Shown here piece by piece: positions 39,226 to 41,431 of a DNA stretch of 41,431 nucleotides; within the stretch, counting starts at the first letter, position 1, and each line of letters opens with the position of its first letter. Source of the DNA: Gammaproteobacteria bacterium (lineage in GTDB: Bacteria; Pseudomonadota; Gammaproteobacteria; SZUA-229); contig QIHT01000215.1 of assembly GCA_003229115.1 (NCBI GenBank), positions 1 through 41,431 on the forward strand, in the 5' to 3' direction. Made by a program: the position numbers and the translations under genes. Under the pieces are notes generated by a model. The model saw nothing but the letters and a program-made list of their open reading frames with translations, made no database searches and was not told the origin of the DNA.

Positions 39226-39612
39226 ATGGTGATACGCATACTTATTCTAATGCTATTGTCTGGTTCCTGTGCTGTTGCAGAGGGCTTTAATGAACAGTCC
39301 TTGAAAACACTGTTCACCTCACCTTCCGAAAGAAAGGCTATCAATGCAACGCGCCGGGGCGATGGTAGCTTTATGTCAGGTGCTGCCAGCGCTCAACTTA
39401 AAGGTGTAGTAAAGCGTAGTGATGGAAAAAGTGTAGTTTGGCTGAATAGAAAAAACACCATGGACAACACGATGATAGATGGTGTTAAAGTTTATCCAAA
39501 CGCCATGAAAAAAAATAAAAAAGTGCCGCTCATGGTCGATGGCCGCATGGTGCATGTAAAACCCGGTGAAAGCTGGTCAGAAGAAACAGGCGTTGTTGAA
39601 GACAATTACTAG
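39226..39612 (+). CDS. small secreted protein, MshK/PilP-like by size and position
   Basis: ATG at 39226 with GAGG 8 nt upstream; the ORF track begins at GTG 39220. Signal peptide MVIRILILMLLSGSCAVA/EG. The beta-rich body (GVVKRSDGKSVVWLNRK ... VPLMVDGRMVHVKPGESW) is reminiscent of PilP/MshK. Confidence 0.4.
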   Translation: MVIRILILMLLSGSCAVAEGFNEQSLKTLFTSPSERKAINATRRGDGSFMSGAASAQLKGVVKRSDGKSVVWLNRKNTMDNTMIDGVKVYPNAMKKNKKVPLMVDGRMVHVKPGESWSEETGVVEDNY

Positions 39613-40945
39613 CGTTGAAGCGTGCGTTACAATTAAAAACCCCTCACATCAGAAAGGGCTGGCATTAGTTATCTTCGCAGTAGTAATAGCGTTGGCTTTT
39701 ATTTCATATTTTGTTTCCGGATTATCACTTACCGAGATCAACGTTCAGCGTGATAAGGATACACTTAAGGCTTTGAATAAAGCCAAGCAGGCATTGATTG
39801 CTTATGCTGTAAATTACCCTGAGGTAAACGCAACGGTTAGAGGACCTGGTTATCTTTTGTGTCCGGATACAGGTAATAACGGTGACGCTGAAGGCGGATG
39901 TAATGGACTCGCAACAGTAGGACGTTTTCCATGGAGAACCCTTAATGTTGGAGATTTGCGTGACGGTGCTAATGAAAGACTATGGTATGCGGTTTCAGAG
40001 AATTTCGATTATACGGATTCTCCTAACCCGCCAGGGCCAGAAACAAAAGTATTAAATACTGCAACAATAGGCAACATAACTATTCGTGATAGAAACAGTA
40101 ATATTATCTATGATGGGACGTCACCTGATGCAGCCGTTGCCGTCATTATCGCACCCGGAGGGGTGTTAACGAGAGATGATGGTGTAGTGCAAGATCGGTC
40201 GACAGCAGTAAATCAGGAAGCAGCCGTGAATTATCTGGATATTGATACTGCAAGCGGAGAAGATAACGCGAATTTTCAGCATAATACCCTTAACGGATTC
40301 ATTGAAGGTGAAATAGTAAACGGTGCCGGTAATATCATAGTTAATGATCAGTTTGTAGTTATAACGTACGGCGAGATAATGGAGCAAATACATAAACGTG
40401 TAGCCGGTGAAGTTTCAAATATTCTTAACGATTACTTTGATACCTGTAATAGTTACCCAGAAGCATCAGTTTTTGATCCCACGAAAGCGTTGTTTAGAAG
40501 TAGGGCTATTGATATACCACCACCACCTCCGCCGCTACCATATGTAGAATTAAGAGAAGGGCACCTGCCGGTAGACCAGGCAAGCCCATATAATTGGGGT
40601 TCGGTTTGTGATGTGGGCGCAGGGCCTGTACCTGTACCTGTACTGCCGCTGTGGTTTCAGGAAGAAAACTGGCATAAAACAACCTATTATGCTTTTGCTT
40701 ATGACAATGCTCTGGCTAATGGTTCGGATTGCGGTGTTGGAGGACACCCGCCTTGTATGACGGTGAATAATACAAACCCACCGGTCAATAATGCACAGGC
40801 ACTAATTGTATTTGCAGGTCGAGATACTACTGGGAATAGAGAGAGCAACGTGATGAGTGATTATTTTGAAGTAGAAAATAACGATCTTGACATTACTTAT
40901 GACGCTGGTGAGGAAGATGATTATGTCAGGGTGGTTACTCCGTGA
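39566..40945 (+). CDS. large PilX-N-like (pseudopilin-like anchor) pilus-associated protein
   Basis: 459 aa. The start is uncertain: GTG 39566, or TTG at 39593 or 39596, all overlapping the previous gene. QKGLALVIFAVVIALAFISYFVSG resembles the PilX N-terminal anchor (QRG.AL ... hydrophobic) and lacks the G/FTLxE processing site. It has a Cys-containing block shared with the downstream pilin, and a poly-Pro tract IPPPPPPLP. Confidence 0.5.
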   Translation: MKAGQKKQALLKTITSVEACVTIKNPSHQKGLALVIFAVVIALAFISYFVSGLSLTEINVQRDKDTLKALNKAKQALIAYAVNYPEVNATVRGPGYLLCPDTGNNGDAEGGCNGLATVGRFPWRTLNVGDLRDGANERLWYAVSENFDYTDSPNPPGPETKVLNTATIGNITIRDRNSNIIYDGTSPDAAVAVIIAPGGVLTRDDGVVQDRSTAVNQEAAVNYLDIDTASGEDNANFQHNTLNGFIEGEIVNGAGNIIVNDQFVVITYGEIMEQIHKRVAGEVSNILNDYFDTCNSYPEASVFDPTKALFRSRAIDIPPPPPPLPYVELREGHLPVDQASPYNWGSVCDVGAGPVPVPVLPLWFQEENWHKTTYYAFAYDNALANGSDCGVGGHPPCMTVNNTNPPVNNAQALIVFAGRDTTGNRESNVMSDYFEVENNDLDITYDAGEEDDYVRVVTP

Positions 40946-41431
40946 ATATAATAAATGCGCGTGGCTTTACTTTGATCGAACTTGCGATTGTGCTGGTAAT
41001 TATCGCGGTACTGGTCGGTGGGTTTATTGGCACATTAGCCACAAGGATAGAGAACACACGCGTATCCGAGGTCAAGGATGAGCTGGAAGACATAAAACAG
41101 GCTTTAATTGGTTATACCTATGTAAATGGCTTTTTACCCTGCCCGGACAGTGATAATGACGGGCTAGAAAATAGAGTTGGTACCGGCTTGTGTACGAATG
41201 GAGCGGGTGTCGGTAATTTTCCCTGGGTAACTCTGGGAATAGCTCATGGTGATGCCTGGAATACCCGTTACCGGTATTGGGTTCATTCAGTCTATGCAGA
41301 TGATGGCACAGGGGGAGGTAATGTATTTACGCTTGGCTCACCCAATGGAGCAGGCATAATCCAGGAGCCTGATTATGTGGCAGACCCAACGGGTGCAACG
41401 CTTGATGATATGGCGACAAATGTGGTTGCTG
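40942..41431 (+). CDS. type IV prepilin-like protein (N-terminal cleavage/methylation motif); the 3' end lies outside the window and it is absent from the supplied ORF track
   Basis: GTG at 40942 overlaps the previous stop (GTGA). My translation is MNIINARG/FTLIELAIVLVIIAVLVGGFIGTL ..., a classic short basic leader, Gly-1, Phe+1 and Glu+5. The frame stays open for 163 codons to the window end. Confidence 0.88.
   Translation, partial: MNIINARGFTLIELAIVLVIIAVLVGGFIGTLATRIENTRVSEVKDELEDIKQALIGYTYVNGFLPCPDSDNDGLENRVGTGLCTNGAGVGNFPWVTLGIAHGDAWNTRYRYWVHSVYADDGTGGGNVFTLGSPNGAGIIQEPDYVADPTGATLDDMATNVVA

Overview
This window is mostly conserved core chromosome of a gammaproteobacterial type, with moderate GC by eye. 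Taxonomy is inferred only from gene content and order.

Gene content, left to right:
- The 3' end of a carbamoyltransferase gene with two small membrane partners, an sxtI/J/K-like trio.
- A divergent secreted hypothetical.
- mnmG (gidA), rsmG (gidB), parA and parB.
- The complete F1Fo ATP synthase operon atpIBEFHAGDC, followed by glmU.
- A 1155-aa single ORF of uncertain function, sitting where glmS normally follows glmU.
- Divergent YHS-domain and YceI-like periplasmic protein genes.
- A minus-strand block: EnvC-like M23 activator, S41 C-terminal protease, YibQ-type divergent polysaccharide deacetylase and a DJ-1/PfpI protein.
- An ArsR-family regulator, a membrane-anchored rhodanese, secB and gpsA.
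- trmL on the minus strand.

The last ~13 kb (28.4 kb to the window end) is a tightly packed, same-strand type IV pilus-like locus of the MSHA (Msh) kind:
- a sigma-54-dependent response regulator whose C-terminal HTH is displaced by a 1-nt frameshift
- an ExeA/MshM-like ATPase fused to a TM segment and a SPOR-like domain
- an MshL-type lipoprotein secretin
- a TPR protein
- an MshE-type ATPase with tandem MshEN motifs
- a GspF/MshG platform protein
- four poorly characterised ORFs, assigned by topology as MshI/GspL-like, MshJ/PilO-like, MshK/PilP-like and a PilX-N-like 459-aa protein
- the start of a classical prepilin gene that runs off the window

Intergenic spaces hold at least three REP/MITE-like repeat families, several of them inside the atp operon.

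I saw no CRISPR array, rRNA, tRNA, transposase, integrase or recognisable defence system. The best candidates for something under-described are:
- the permuted, sigma-54-linked Msh-like locus, especially 37.0-41.4 kb
- the 1155-aa orphan ORF
- the repeat families

All functional calls come from reading motifs in the supplied translations. No database search was possible.
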